Shown here: positions 20,355 through 30,805 of the stretch, in pieces
Numbering within the stretch: the first letter of the stretch is position 1
How the letters are laid out: every line of letters starts with the position of its first letter
Source of the DNA: Acidobacteriota bacterium
Lineage (GTDB): Bacteria > Acidobacteriota > UBA6911 > JACQSX01
Direction: 5' to 3'
Assembly: GCA_036507075.1 (NCBI GenBank)
Contig: DASXQR010000017.1
Coordinates: 1-64,000, forward strand
Length of the DNA: 64,000 nt
Notes under the pieces: generated by a model
The model's database searches: none
What the model was told of the DNA's origin: nothing
What the model saw: the letters and a program-made list of their open reading frames with translations, nothing else
Made by a program: the position numbers and the translations under genes

Positions 20355-23300
20355 ATGAAAAAGCATCACGCACTCGATTTATCATTGACCGCAGGAGGCC
20401 GTCCCATCCTGGGTTACACCCTGCTTCTCGTTCTCCTCGCCGCGCAATCGCTCCTCGCCCAAACTATCACTGGTTCGATCGTGGGAACCGTCAAAGATGC
20501 CAGCGGTCTTCCGGTGACCGGCGCCGGTTTGACGCTGCTGCAAATCTCGACGGGAGCAGAACGGCAAACGAAGACCGGCGATCGCGGAGATTTTTTCTTC
20601 GGCAGTCTCCAACCGGGTGAATACAAGATCAGCGTTGTTCAGCCAGGATTCAGGAGAACTGAAAAGCAATCGATCATGCTTTCGGCGTCCGAGAGATTAT
20701 CGATCGGGGATTTGATTCTAGAAGTAGGCGGCGCGGCAGAAACAGTCACGGTCACCGCCGCCCAGGGTGCCAGCGTACAAACTGCCAGTGCGGAGCGTTC
20801 CGGCTTGATCACCAGCGAGCAGGTTGAAAACATCCTGATCCGCGGCCGCAACGCAACATCGCTGCTGCAACTGTTGCCCGGAGTCGTCGATCTGGGGGAG
20901 ACCGAACAGATCGGGCGGAACTGGGAGCTCTATGTGCAGGGCAACCGGCGCAACACCAACTCCGTTTCGCTGGATGGCATGACCTTAAACGCGATTGGGA
21001 ACAACTTTAACGGTGTAGTAAATGTGAGCCAGGATGCCGTGGCGGAAGTAAAGGTGCTGCTCAGTAACTACCAGGCCGAATATGGCCGCATGTCGGGAGC
21101 CAATATCACCCTGGTAACCAAGTCCGGCACGCGGGATTTTCACGGATTGGTCTCTTACTTCAAACGACACGAGCAGTTCAACGCCAACAACTTTTTCAAC
21201 AACCGGCTCAGCATTCCCAAACCCCGCTATCGATTCAACACCTGGAACTACAATATCGGCGGGCCGGTCTTCATCCCCGACAAGTTCAACAAGAACCGGG
21301 ACAAGCTGTTCTTCTTCTTCTCTCAAGAATACTGGCCGATACGGGTTCCCCAGCCGCTGGCACAACTGACCGTGCCCACTGAACTGGAACGTGGCGGTGA
21401 CTTCTCCCAATCTCTGGATTTAAATGGAAGACTGATTGCCGTCGTGGATCCGGTGACGCGCCAGTCATTCCCTAATAATCGGATCCCCGCCAACCGGATC
21501 GACCCGAACGGTCAGGCCCTGCTGAAGGTTTTCCCAGCGCCCAATTTTCTGGACAGAACAATCTCGGCGGGGCGCTACAATTATGTTTTTCAGACCGAAA
21601 GCAGCACTCCGCAACGAACCGAAACTCTTAAACTGGATTACAACATTAACTCCAACAACCTGTTGTTCTTCAACTTCACCGCTTATTCGGATCTGCAGAA
21701 CAACACGATTGCGGGGGCAAATTGGCCGCAGTTGTTCAAGAACACCACCACCAAAGGCAAGGCCTATATTTCGCGCTATCAGCGCATCTTTTCTCCCACC
21801 TTGATCAACGAATTGAATGTCGGTTTCAGCCATCGGCCGCTAAATGACCAGGTCATTGAGGACGAGCTGCAACGCAATCAACGCGACCGGGTGGGCTATA
21901 CTCTGGGGCAGTCCAATCCCGGCATCAATCCGTTGAAGCTCATCCCCAATGCGACCTTCGGCGGGGTCACCAGTGCGGCCAACTTAAATATAGAAGGCCG
22001 CTTCCCGCTGGTAACCGGGCACGATATTTTCACCTTGACCGACAGCCTGACAGAAAGCTACGGGACACACACGCTTAAAGCGGGCGTCTACATTGACCGG
22101 GTTTACGCGGAAAACCAGAATGCGCTCAGCTTCAACGGGACTCTCGACTTCGGCCGCTCCGCGAACAATCCCTTCGATTCCGGGTATGCATATTCGAACG
22201 CGATCCTGGGGGTTTTCAACTCATACACGGAGGCCTCTGCGCGGCCGTTCCCGCGCGCTCTGGCTAGAAACACAGAATGGTTTCTACAGGACAATTGGAG
22301 AGTTAACCGGCGTTTAACTCTCGATTATGGAATGAGGTTCTACTGGATTCCCCCATCTTACGAGAAGGATTCGCTGGTTTCAGGTTTTGTGCCGGCACGT
22401 TTCGACCCAAAGCAGCAGGTGCGGCTGATTGAGCCCGTGCGGTTCAACAACCAGCGTGTAGGAATAAATCCGATCACCGGTCAAACTTACTCTGCCAGTC
22501 TGATTGGCGCTATTGCCCCGGGATCCGGCAACCCCGTTAATGGAATGGTGGTTCCAACCCAGGACAAGGATTATCCGAGCGCTCTGGTAGCGAACAGGGG
22601 CGTGCATTATGCGCCGCGCATCGGATTCGCCTACGACCCGTTCGGAAACGGGAAGACCGCGATTCGCGGCGGGTTTGGAGTTTTCTACAACCGCGAGGCT
22701 CAGGGAATGTCACTCTATCCTTACACGACCCAGCCCCCCATCGTTAACAACCCGGTCATTAACTTTGGAACATTAGCGACTCTGCTTGCCTCTTCCAGCC
22801 TGCTGAATCCATCGAACGTCCTCGGATTGGATCCAATTGGAAAGGTTCCGACGGTGATGAACTTCAGTCTTTCCGTCCAGCGAAATATCGGCGCCGGCAC
22901 GGTGGTCGATGTCGGCTATGTCGGTTCGCTCGCCCGGCACCTTCTGTGGCAAAAGAATCTGAATGCGATTCCGTTCGGCGCAAACTTCGATCCGCGCAAT
23001 GCCGATCCGACCAACCCTTCGGTGCCGCTCTCGCCGGCCTTTCTTCGACCCTTCAAAGGATACGGCAATATCAATTTTCGAGAATGGGCGTCGTCTTCCA
23101 ATTACCACTCGCTTCAAGTCTCGGCGAATCGCCGCTTCACGCGCGGGGTCCAGTTTGGAGGCTCCTGGACATGGTCCAAAGCGATGGATTTTAACGACCT
23201 GGATTCAGACACGGTGAGCACGCTGATTCCGGTGCGCGTGTGGAATTATGGGCTGGCCGCCTTTGATCGAACTCACGTTTTAAAGATCAATTGGCTTTGG

Positions 23301-23825
23301 AGCCTACCCAAGGCTCCATCGGACAGTTTGCCCCTGAAAGCGGTCTTGAACAACTGGCAGGTATCGGGCATCGCCAGTTTTGTCAGCGGCGCCCCCCTTG
23401 GTGTCGGCTTCTCTACGGTAACCGCGACAGACATTACAGGTTCGCCAACCGACGGCGCCCGCGTTGTCGTCAAGGGCGATCCGGTGCTGCCAAAGAGCGA
23501 GCGGACCTTCAGCCACAACTTCCGCACTGAAGTGTTCGCACTGCCGGCGCGCGGGACTTTTGGCAACGCGGCCAAGACGGTGATCCGCGGCCCCGGCATC
23601 AACAACTTCGATATTGCCATTTTTAAAGCTTTCCCGATTCGGGAGTCGATGCGAGTCCAGTTTCGCTGGGAGTTGTACAACGCCTTCAATCATACTCAAT
23701 TCAGCGGGCTGGACACAGCCGCGCGCTTTGATGCCGCAGGCAATCAGGTGAATACCCGCTTTGGGGAATTCACCGCGGCGCGCAATCCCCGGCAGATGCA
23801 GTTTGCCTTGAGGTTTTACTTCTGA
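20355..23825 (+). CDS. TonB-dependent receptor with N-terminal carboxypeptidase-regulatory-like domain (Oar-like)
   Basis: AQTITGSIVGTVKDASG, AEYGR...TKSGTRDFHG, QDNWRV, APRIGFAYD, C-terminal RQMQFALRFYF; start approximate. Confidence 0.9.
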   Translation: MKKHHALDLSLTAGGRPILGYTLLLVLLAAQSLLAQTITGSIVGTVKDASGLPVTGAGLTLLQISTGAERQTKTGDRGDFFFGSLQPGEYKISVVQPGFRRTEKQSIMLSASERLSIGDLILEVGGAAETVTVTAAQGASVQTASAERSGLITSEQVENILIRGRNATSLLQLLPGVVDLGETEQIGRNWELYVQGNRRNTNSVSLDGMTLNAIGNNFNGVVNVSQDAVAEVKVLLSNYQAEYGRMSGANITLVTKSGTRDFHGLVSYFKRHEQFNANNFFNNRLSIPKPRYRFNTWNYNIGGPVFIPDKFNKNRDKLFFFFSQEYWPIRVPQPLAQLTVPTELERGGDFSQSLDLNGRLIAVVDPVTRQSFPNNRIPANRIDPNGQALLKVFPAPNFLDRTISAGRYNYVFQTESSTPQRTETLKLDYNINSNNLLFFNFTAYSDLQNNTIAGANWPQLFKNTTTKGKAYISRYQRIFSPTLINELNVGFSHRPLNDQVIEDELQRNQRDRVGYTLGQSNPGINPLKLIPNATFGGVTSAANLNIEGRFPLVTGHDIFTLTDSLTESYGTHTLKAGVYIDRVYAENQNALSFNGTLDFGRSANNPFDSGYAYSNAILGVFNSYTEASARPFPRALARNTEWFLQDNWRVNRRLTLDYGMRFYWIPPSYEKDSLVSGFVPARFDPKQQVRLIEPVRFNNQRVGINPITGQTYSASLIGAIAPGSGNPVNGMVVPTQDKDYPSALVANRGVHYAPRIGFAYDPFGNGKTAIRGGFGVFYNREAQGMSLYPYTTQPPIVNNPVINFGTLATLLASSSLLNPSNVLGLDPIGKVPTVMNFSLSVQRNIGAGTVVDVGYVGSLARHLLWQKNLNAIPFGANFDPRNADPTNPSVPLSPAFLRPFKGYGNINFREWASSSNYHSLQVSANRRFTRGVQFGGSWTWSKAMDFNDLDSDTVSTLIPVRVWNYGLAAFDRTHVLKINWLWSLPKAPSDSLPLKAVLNNWQVSGIASFVSGAPLGVGFSTVTATDITGSPTDGARVVVKGDPVLPKSERTFSHNFRTEVFALPARGTFGNAAKTVIRGPGINNFDIAIFKAFPIRESMRVQFRWELYNAFNHTQFSGLDTAARFDAAGNQVNTRFGEFTAARNPRQMQFALRFYF

Positions 23826-23914
23826 GGGGCGAAGATCTTTTCACCGCGAAGGAGCGAATCACGCTAAGCATTCAAGTTTACAGGCGTGGTGCCGCTTTGA
23901 GCTAATGGCGAGCC

Positions 23915-25417
23915 ATGATTTCTCGTGATTCCCAAAAAGCTATGTTTTCCAGGCTTCAGCCGATGATGGCCGTGCTGCTGATTTCTTTGTCCCTCCTGAG
24001 CCTCAGGCAAATCAGCGGAAGAGCCAAACCTGCTTTACCGCACCTTCCCAATATTCTCTTTCTGATGGCCGATGAGTACCGCCATGACGCACTGGGCGTC
24101 GCAGGTCACAAGATTGTCAAAACTCCCAATTTTGATCGGCTGGCACGCCAAGGCATCCGTTTTACCCGCGCCTACACAGCTTCGCCGGTTTGTTCTCCCT
24201 CACGGGCATGCCTGTTTACGGGCCGCTACCCGCAGATCCATGGCGTCGTGCAGAACGACCTGCCGCTGAATCCAGATGAAGTGGCGCTTCCCCAATTACT
24301 CAAACGGTATGGCTACATGACCGGCATGGTCGGGAAGCTGCATCTGCCGCCCGATGGTTGGTTTGACAGGCAGTGGATCGTCAACCGCGGGATCGGAGAT
24401 GTATATGGGGACTTCCTGAAAAAAAAGATGCCCGACTTTCGCGGCCATCCCGAGAACGAGGCAGTGCCGGGCACTCTCATTGGGCCGCCGCGAACATCCC
24501 TCAGAATCGGCACTTCGGTTCTTCCTGAGAACCTGTATGAAGAGGCATTTGAGGCCGATCGTGCCATTGACTTCCTGAGAGCCCAAAAGGGAAGCGATCA
24601 GCCCTGGTTTCTCTTCCTGAGCATGCTGAAACCACACAGCGAATTCGTTATTCCGGAACCTTATGCCACCATGTACCGGCCGGCGGACATGCCGCTTCCA
24701 GCCACCTTCCAGCCCGGAGCGAAAATGCCGGAGGATATAGAGACGCGCGTTGAAAACAAAAACCAGCAGAAGCGAAAGTACATCAGTGATCCTAACCTGT
24801 TGCGCGCGGTCATTGCTCATTACTATGGCGCAGTCACCCTGGTGGACAGGCAGATGGGAAGAGTACTGGATGAGCTCGAGAACCTGGGAATGAGCGGCCA
24901 TACCATCGTCGTCTTTACCGCGGACCATGGCAATATGCTGGGCGAGCGGAATCACATGTTCAAAGGAGTGATGTACGAAGGCTCGGCGCGGGTGCCGCTT
25001 TTGCTGCGCGCCCCAGGAAAGTTCTCTCAGGACAAGGTGGTGAATGCGGTACTGGACAATACTTCGGTGATGCCCACGTTGCTTGATCTTGCAGGGATTC
25101 CCATACCGGCTGGATTGCAGGGAAAATCATTGGCGCCGTTGCTCGGTGGTGACGCATCCGGTTGGCAAGGGATGGCCTTTTCAGTACTTCGCGACCGGAT
25201 GGTATGCAACGGTGAGTGGAAACTCATCGAGCCGCTGACCAATCGCGATCACGTCCAGGGGGAACTCTATCATCTGGTCAAGGATCGCGAAGAGCAGAAA
25301 AATCTGCATGGAAAACGGGAGGCAGCCGCGATTCAAGGCAAATTGCAACACGCTCTGGAAGAGTGGTGGAAACAGAAGCCGGTCCCGGTCGCTCTCCCGG
25401 CAGCACCTGCTAATTGA
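23915..25417 (+). CDS. Sulfatase (S1 family, Cys-type)
   Basis: PNILFLMADE, CSPSRACLFTG, GKLHL, TADHG, YEGSARVPL. Confidence 0.92.
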   Translation: MISRDSQKAMFSRLQPMMAVLLISLSLLSLRQISGRAKPALPHLPNILFLMADEYRHDALGVAGHKIVKTPNFDRLARQGIRFTRAYTASPVCSPSRACLFTGRYPQIHGVVQNDLPLNPDEVALPQLLKRYGYMTGMVGKLHLPPDGWFDRQWIVNRGIGDVYGDFLKKKMPDFRGHPENEAVPGTLIGPPRTSLRIGTSVLPENLYEEAFEADRAIDFLRAQKGSDQPWFLFLSMLKPHSEFVIPEPYATMYRPADMPLPATFQPGAKMPEDIETRVENKNQQKRKYISDPNLLRAVIAHYYGAVTLVDRQMGRVLDELENLGMSGHTIVVFTADHGNMLGERNHMFKGVMYEGSARVPLLLRAPGKFSQDKVVNAVLDNTSVMPTLLDLAGIPIPAGLQGKSLAPLLGGDASGWQGMAFSVLRDRMVCNGEWKLIEPLTNRDHVQGELYHLVKDREEQKNLHGKREAAAIQGKLQHALEEWWKQKPVPVALPAAPAN

Positions 25418-25498
25418 GCCCGAATTCCCCACGAATTTTACGAAGTTAAACTTAGAAGATTCGTGAAATTCGTGTCATTTGCGTAAATTCGTGCTCAA
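25414..25498. repeat. Inverted CACGAATTT element between convergent genes
   Basis: ttgagcccgaatt...aattcgtgctcaa; supplies the last codons of the PAP2 gene. Confidence 0.8.
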
Positions 25499-26497
25499 CT
25501 TCGTGATCGATTTCGTGCCCAACTGCCACGCCACAATGGCTGCCAGTTCGCCGGCGAGCAGGTCGAAGACGTAATGTTGATTCAGAATTACACAAGCGAC
25601 TGACATGAGAACAGCATAAGCGACCGTTGCGATCAGGGCCGGGCGGCTGAGATGATTTACTCCCAGTAAGGCCAGCAGCACGGGATAGGCGCTGTGCAGG
25701 GAAGGCACGGCACCGAACCAATAAGGCGCTGTCTGAATCATCCCTTGAACAATTCGTCCATCCATTGCCAGAGACAGCCGGGAAGTGGCAATCAGCGACT
25801 GGGTCGGCTGCGACATGCCGTGCAGCGTGACCCACCAGGGAGGGGCGACCGGCAGCAGCAGGTAGCCGGCCAAGCCGATTGCATTTAGCCAAGTGAAAGC
25901 GTACAGACAGCGCCCAAACCAGTGCCGGTACCATTCGCTGGGCTGAGCAGATCCGCTGTCGAATCCGGGCTCGGGAGGCGATTTTCTGCCGTCGATAACA
26001 TGATGCTGATTTTGCCGCCGCCGGTTTCCCAGCCACCACCACAGCAGCATCAATGCGGGCACGGCAAAGATTTGCGACAGGTAAACAAATTGCGCCAAGT
26101 CAAAGAGCGCGTCTGCCCAGATGCTGCCCGAATGCGCGCGCATCCATTCTCGCGCGGCGTGGGGGGGAACGCTGCCAGGCGACATCCATCCAAAGAGGCG
26201 CCGCTCAAAGTCATATGGCCATTTCACGGCCACGCGACCAAGCAGTAATGGTTGAACAAGGCGCAAGCGGTCGTAGGAAATCCAGAAGACAAAGAGGGGA
26301 AGCCAATCCAAAAAGAATCTGCGCCCGCGCTCGCCGGAACACATCGCGGCTGGAACCAGCAGCAGCGTGAACCAATGGTAAACGCGCAGCGTGTTGGTTG
26401 CCGCGTTCAAAAGAAGATAGGCGCCAACGCAAAGGAAAACGACGATATGCCAGTACCGGATCGGGTTTTTCAAGGAAAGACTTTGTTGCACCACCAT
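25475..26497 (-). CDS. PAP2-superfamily membrane enzyme, Aur1/inositol-phosphorylceramide-synthase-like
   Basis: PVAPPWW, GAVPSLH, HYVFDLLAG motifs; multiple transmembrane segments. Confidence 0.8.
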   Translation of the reverse strand: MVVQQSLSLKNPIRYWHIVVFLCVGAYLLLNAATNTLRVYHWFTLLLVPAAMCSGERGRRFFLDWLPLFVFWISYDRLRLVQPLLLGRVAVKWPYDFERRLFGWMSPGSVPPHAAREWMRAHSGSIWADALFDLAQFVYLSQIFAVPALMLLWWWLGNRRRQNQHHVIDGRKSPPEPGFDSGSAQPSEWYRHWFGRCLYAFTWLNAIGLAGYLLLPVAPPWWVTLHGMSQPTQSLIATSRLSLAMDGRIVQGMIQTAPYWFGAVPSLHSAYPVLLALLGVNHLSRPALIATVAYAVLMSVACVILNQHYVFDLLAGELAAIVAWQLGTKSITKLSTNLRK

Positions 26498-26689
26498 CTG
26501 GATGCAAACAGGCTGCCATAACCCGGGCCAAAAGAGCGCGCGGCGGTCTGATACGGGGGCAGTTTAGCGTGGTTTTTGTGTGACGCCGTTTGTCGCGATC
26601 GAGTGCCCCGGAGATGGGCTGGCAGGCGAAATAAGATCAAGTTATTTGAAGATTGAATTTAGCATGCGACAGATCCCGTCACGTCACGA

Positions 26690-26900
26690 GGGAACCGCCA
26701 AGAAAGTGAACCGCCAAGAACGCCAAGAGCGCCAAGGATTAAATGGATCTAACCCCCTAAGTGCGAGCAGACAGTTTAAGATTGTCAGACGACTGCAATG
26801 TGGACCGGATTTCGCCAATGTGTTCTTTATAATCTTGGCGTTCTTGGCGTTCTTGGCGGTTCCCTTTGGCGCTCTTGGCGTTCTTGGCGGTTCACTTTCT
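26690..26900. mobile_element. MITE-like element, copy 1 (AACCGCCAAGAAC arms with conserved core)
   Basis: Inverted 9-mer arms around the core actgcaatgtggaccggatttcgccaa, shared with 28169-28337. Confidence 0.65.
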
Positions 26901-26911
26901 GAGCGGTCCCC

Positions 26912-28132
26912 TTATCCCCCCATTCGCTCGCGCGCGCTCAGGCGCGTTAACTGCTGGATCGCTTTTCGCGGTACCCCGGGAGGAATTCGCAGCGGGTAAT
27001 GTCGAAGGTATTGTGGAGTCAAGTCGTGCTGCAGTTCCGGATTTAACTCTTGCAAATCATCCAGTTCCACCTTGAGGCGCCGTGCCACTACTTTCAACGA
27101 AATGGGCCGGTCCAACGTAATCGTTTCGAATCTGACGGGCGGAGTGCGTTCAATCGGAAGGCCGAATTCAGCGGCGTTTTTCGAGATTATGGCGATGGCG
27201 AGAATGAGTGGAACAAACTGGCGCGTGGCGAGGGCAACCAGCTTGCGGTCTGAGATTGTCCAGAAATCTCTGAGGCCCTTCTGGGCCAGCGGGATAATGC
27301 GCCCTTCGCCCGTGTTGTATGAGGCAAGCACCAGATACCAGTCTCCCAGTTGCTCATGAAGCGATTTCAAATACCTTGCGGCAGCTTTCGTGGCCTTGTA
27401 GGGATCAAGCCGCTCGTCGACCCACCAGTCCATTTTAAGTCCGTATCGCATCGCCGTGTCGGCGACAAACTGCCACATTCCCACTGCGTTGGCGGTGGAA
27501 ACCGCGTTTGGAAAAAAATTGCTTTCCAGTTGGGCCAGGTAAATCAGGTCGGTTGGTATACCTTCTTTTCTGAACGTCTCTCGAATGTGATCTTCGTACA
27601 AGCCGATCCGCTCAAAGCCGATCATCATCAGCTTTCGCCCGTGCGGGTTCTTGAGGAAAAAATCCATCGCTCGCAGTACATCGCTGTTCAGCACAACGGG
27701 AAGGTCATAGCGGGCCCGCTGCAGGTTCTTTTTGACGTGTGAAGAAAGCTGCGCCGATACCTGTATGGAATGCGCGTACAGGTCGATTTTGGGGAGTTCC
27801 TGTGCGACTGCCGGCACTTCTTTCTTCGCGGGAGGAGCGACAATGATGGCAATCTTGTGGATTGCCTGAAGCTGTTCGAATGTTTCCTGCAACCGCCGGA
27901 TAAACTGATTCAGGTCGGGATCTTCAGGGAATTTGCGATGGACTTCAGAGGCCAGCTCAAACGCTTTGGCAAAGGCGCTTTCTGCTTCGCTCATTTTCCC
28001 GGCCAGGAGCGCGGTCTCGCCCTTGACGTACTGCTTGCGCACTGCGGTCAGTTCCTCGCCGAGGTCCGGTGTCTGGGCAAAAACAGCCCTTGCCATCACG
28101 GGCAAAAACAGCAGAATACTTCGTCGCAGCAT
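26912..28132 (-). CDS. Lytic murein transglycosylase, MltD-like (SLT plus LysM-like domain)
   Basis: YLAQLES catalytic Glu, AVGMWQF, DERLDP, ASYNTGE, LQELNPEL; signal peptide. Confidence 0.9.
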   Translation of the reverse strand: MLRRSILLFLPVMARAVFAQTPDLGEELTAVRKQYVKGETALLAGKMSEAESAFAKAFELASEVHRKFPEDPDLNQFIRRLQETFEQLQAIHKIAIIVAPPAKKEVPAVAQELPKIDLYAHSIQVSAQLSSHVKKNLQRARYDLPVVLNSDVLRAMDFFLKNPHGRKLMMIGFERIGLYEDHIRETFRKEGIPTDLIYLAQLESNFFPNAVSTANAVGMWQFVADTAMRYGLKMDWWVDERLDPYKATKAAARYLKSLHEQLGDWYLVLASYNTGEGRIIPLAQKGLRDFWTISDRKLVALATRQFVPLILAIAIISKNAAEFGLPIERTPPVRFETITLDRPISLKVVARRLKVELDDLQELNPELQHDLTPQYLRHYPLRIPPGVPRKAIQQLTRLSARERMGG

Positions 28133-28168
28133 GCCAGGACAGTTTAGCAGGAGAGCGGTTGAGGGGAT

Positions 28169-28337
28169 AAGTGAACCGCCAAGAACGCAAAGAACGCCAA
28201 GGTTTAAATAGATCTAACCCGCTAACTCCGAGCAGACGATTCAAGATATGAGACAACTGCAATGTGGACCGGATTTCGCCAACGTGTTCTTAATAAATCT
28301 TGGCGTTCTTTGCGTTTTTGGCGGTTCCCTTGGCGTT
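28169..28337. mobile_element. MITE-like element, copy 2
   Basis: Same arms and core, same orientation as 26690-26900. Confidence 0.65.
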
Positions 28338-28344
28338 ATTGGGC

Positions 28345-28563
28345 TTATCGCAGTCCCCGCAGGACTTCCTCGTCGTAGTCGCAGATCAGTTTGTCGGCGT
28401 CCTTGTTGTCGAAGGCTTCCCGGTCCAGCCAGATCTGAATTCTGCCTTCCTGGGAGACGCACACAATGCGGTCGTAATAGACGTAGTTTCCGGTGAGCTG
28501 GCCATACTCGTTGAAAATATAATTGGGTATCAAATGTCGAATATCTTTGAAATCAATTAACAT
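28345..28563 (-). CDS. Small acidic hypothetical protein
   Basis: 72 aa, ATG preceded by GAGAG, protein-like composition, fills an otherwise empty gap. Confidence 0.5.
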   Translation of the reverse strand: MLIDFKDIRHLIPNYIFNEYGQLTGNYVYYDRIVCVSQEGRIQIWLDREAFDNKDADKLICDYDEEVLRGLR

Positions 28564-28666
28564 TGCAACTCTCTGGACTCAATTAACCAGATTCACGTAA
28601 TTCGTGTAATTCGTGTTCGTGCTCAACTAGAAAACAGTAGCCCCTAATTTACCAGAACATATAAGC

Positions 28667-30595
28667 ATGCGCACCGGGCGAATCCTTGGCTTTCTGATTA
28701 TTCACTGTTGTTTGCCGTTGTCTGCCCAGACTCGCGCTCTTCACTGGCGTTCCGTGGATGTGCAGGCAAGACTGGACTCGGAAGGACGCCTTCATGTCAA
28801 GGAACGCCAGGCCATTGTTTTTACCGGTGACTGGAACGGCGGCGAGCGAATCTTCAATATAAGGCTGGGGCAGGAACTCCAATTGAATCGATTGACGCGG
28901 GTTGATCCGGAAACCGGCGCCAGCCATGACTTGATTCGAGGAGGCCTGTGGCGGGTTGATCACTACGATTGGACCGGCAGCCACACGCTGCGCTGGAGGA
29001 GCCGCCTGCCGTCCGAGCCGCTGTTTAACGAAACGACCCTCGTTTACCTGATTGACTACACGCTTTCGAATATCCTGGTGCCGCAGGCGGAAGGATACTG
29101 GCTGGATCACGACTTTTGTTTTGCTGATCGTTCCGGGGTGATCGAAGAATTCACGCTGGACCTGCAACTGGATCCGCTGTGGCGGGCAGCGGGCGGCGTG
29201 TCTCAGCGACTGCACCGCGCATCCCTTCCGCCGGGAGCGGGGGTGCCTGTGTTGCTGTATTTGGATTACCTGGGACGGAGAGATCCGGCCGGCGTCCGGA
29301 AAGGCGCCTCAGCGCCGGTGCGTTATGTATTGATCGCGGTGCTGGCGGCAGGCATGGCGTATTTGTTTGGCGCGCTTTACGTGCGGGAGAAATCGCAGGG
29401 CCGATTCCAGCCGCTCCCGGCTGCCTCCTCAATCGATGAGTCCTGGCTGAACATGAATGTCTTCAGCATGCCTCCCGAAGTGGTCGGCGCAGCCTGGGAC
29501 AGCAAGACATCAGCCTCGGAAGTGGCGGCCGTGATCGCTCGAATGGTATCGGAAGGGAAGCTTCACAGCTCTGTTCGCGAGTCCGGATCGTTTTTTAAGA
29601 AGGACGTCCTGCAGTTGAAGCTACTCGTGGCTATGGAATCGCTTTCGGGTTATGAAAGGAGCCTGGCGGCGTCTCTTTTTGTTGCGGGCGTCAGAACCGA
29701 CACGGAGCTAATCAAAAAGCATTACCAGAGCCGCGGGTTCGATCCTGCTCAAAGGATAGCGCCGACTCTGCACAGCAAGGTCAAATCTCTCATCAAGCCT
29801 TCCCCTGGACGAAAGCCGCCTCCGAGGAAACGCAGTCTGGGGCTGTTGTTGTCGGCCCTGGCTTTGCTTGTCGGCGGAAGTTTGTTTGGGTCCGAGCAGA
29901 GTGTGGCTGCGACCGTGATTGCCGGCATTGCCGTGGTCCCATACCTGTTTGCGCTGCTGGCGGCCTCCGCATGGCAAACGGCGATGGTTCGCCTGTTTGC
30001 CCGCGCGCTGCTTTTCCTGCTTCCGCTAATCTCCTTCTGCGGAGTAGTGATCTATCTGCTTGTTTCGGGGGCTTGGCGGCTGAACACGGGAGTACTTTCG
30101 GGCCTGACGCTTCTTTCTCTGGCAATCGCGAACAGCGTCGCGAACATGGCAGGCAGCAGGGAGGAACCGGAAAGAATCGCGCTGCGTCGACGACTGATCG
30201 GTGCTCGACGGTATTTTCAGCAGGAGTTAAAAAAGCCTAATCCCGGGCTGAAGGACAGTTGGTTCCCGTATCTGATTGCTTTCGGCCTGGGGCGTAATGT
30301 GGACCGCTGGTTTCGGGCCCATGGGCCCCCGGCGGGGACGTCGAGCGGGGGTGACTCGACCTGGGGAACTTCCGCATCTTCCACTTCGAGCGGTCACAGC
30401 CCGGGGAGTGGTTGGACCGGTGGCGGCGGCGCGTTTGGCGGCGCGGGGGCGAGTGGAACGTGGGCGGCGGCAGCTGGATCCTTTGCTTCCGGAGTTTCAT
30501 CTCCCAGTTCCGGGGATTCCAATTCCGGGGACTCAGGAGGAGGGAGTTCCGGTGGTGATAGTAGTTCCGGCGGCGGGGGCGGAGGTGGTTGGTAA
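28667..30595 (+). CDS. DUF2207 family membrane protein
   Basis: Signal peptide, soluble N-domain, transmembrane bundle, FPYLIAFGL, Gly/Ser tail ending SSGGGGGGGW. Confidence 0.85.
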   Translation: MRTGRILGFLIIHCCLPLSAQTRALHWRSVDVQARLDSEGRLHVKERQAIVFTGDWNGGERIFNIRLGQELQLNRLTRVDPETGASHDLIRGGLWRVDHYDWTGSHTLRWRSRLPSEPLFNETTLVYLIDYTLSNILVPQAEGYWLDHDFCFADRSGVIEEFTLDLQLDPLWRAAGGVSQRLHRASLPPGAGVPVLLYLDYLGRRDPAGVRKGASAPVRYVLIAVLAAGMAYLFGALYVREKSQGRFQPLPAASSIDESWLNMNVFSMPPEVVGAAWDSKTSASEVAAVIARMVSEGKLHSSVRESGSFFKKDVLQLKLLVAMESLSGYERSLAASLFVAGVRTDTELIKKHYQSRGFDPAQRIAPTLHSKVKSLIKPSPGRKPPPRKRSLGLLLSALALLVGGSLFGSEQSVAATVIAGIAVVPYLFALLAASAWQTAMVRLFARALLFLLPLISFCGVVIYLLVSGAWRLNTGVLSGLTLLSLAIANSVANMAGSREEPERIALRRRLIGARRYFQQELKKPNPGLKDSWFPYLIAFGLGRNVDRWFRAHGPPAGTSSGGDSTWGTSASSTSSGHSPGSGWTGGGGAFGGAGASGTWAAAAGSFASGVSSPSSGDSNSGDSGGGSSGGDSSSGGGGGGGW

Positions 30596-30704
30596 CGCGC
30601 GTGGTTCCCTTTGGGCCTCTGTCTTGAGAAAATGGAGGCTGTAATGACTGGATTGGGATCGCCGGGAGGATGTCGGCGAAGGTTTCTGCCAGGCGGTCAA
30701 TTGC

Positions 30705-30792
30705 TTCACCGCACAGCCGCTGAGGCGACAGAGTTTACGCAGAGATAACAAACTCGGCGGAAACTCGGCGGACTTTGCGGCTCTGCGGTGAA
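30705..30792. repeat. Degenerate inverted CGCAGAG-type 9-mer element
   Basis: ttcaccgcacagccgc...gcggctctgcggtgaa. Confidence 0.7.
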
Positions 30793-30805
30793 TACGATTG
30801 AGGTC

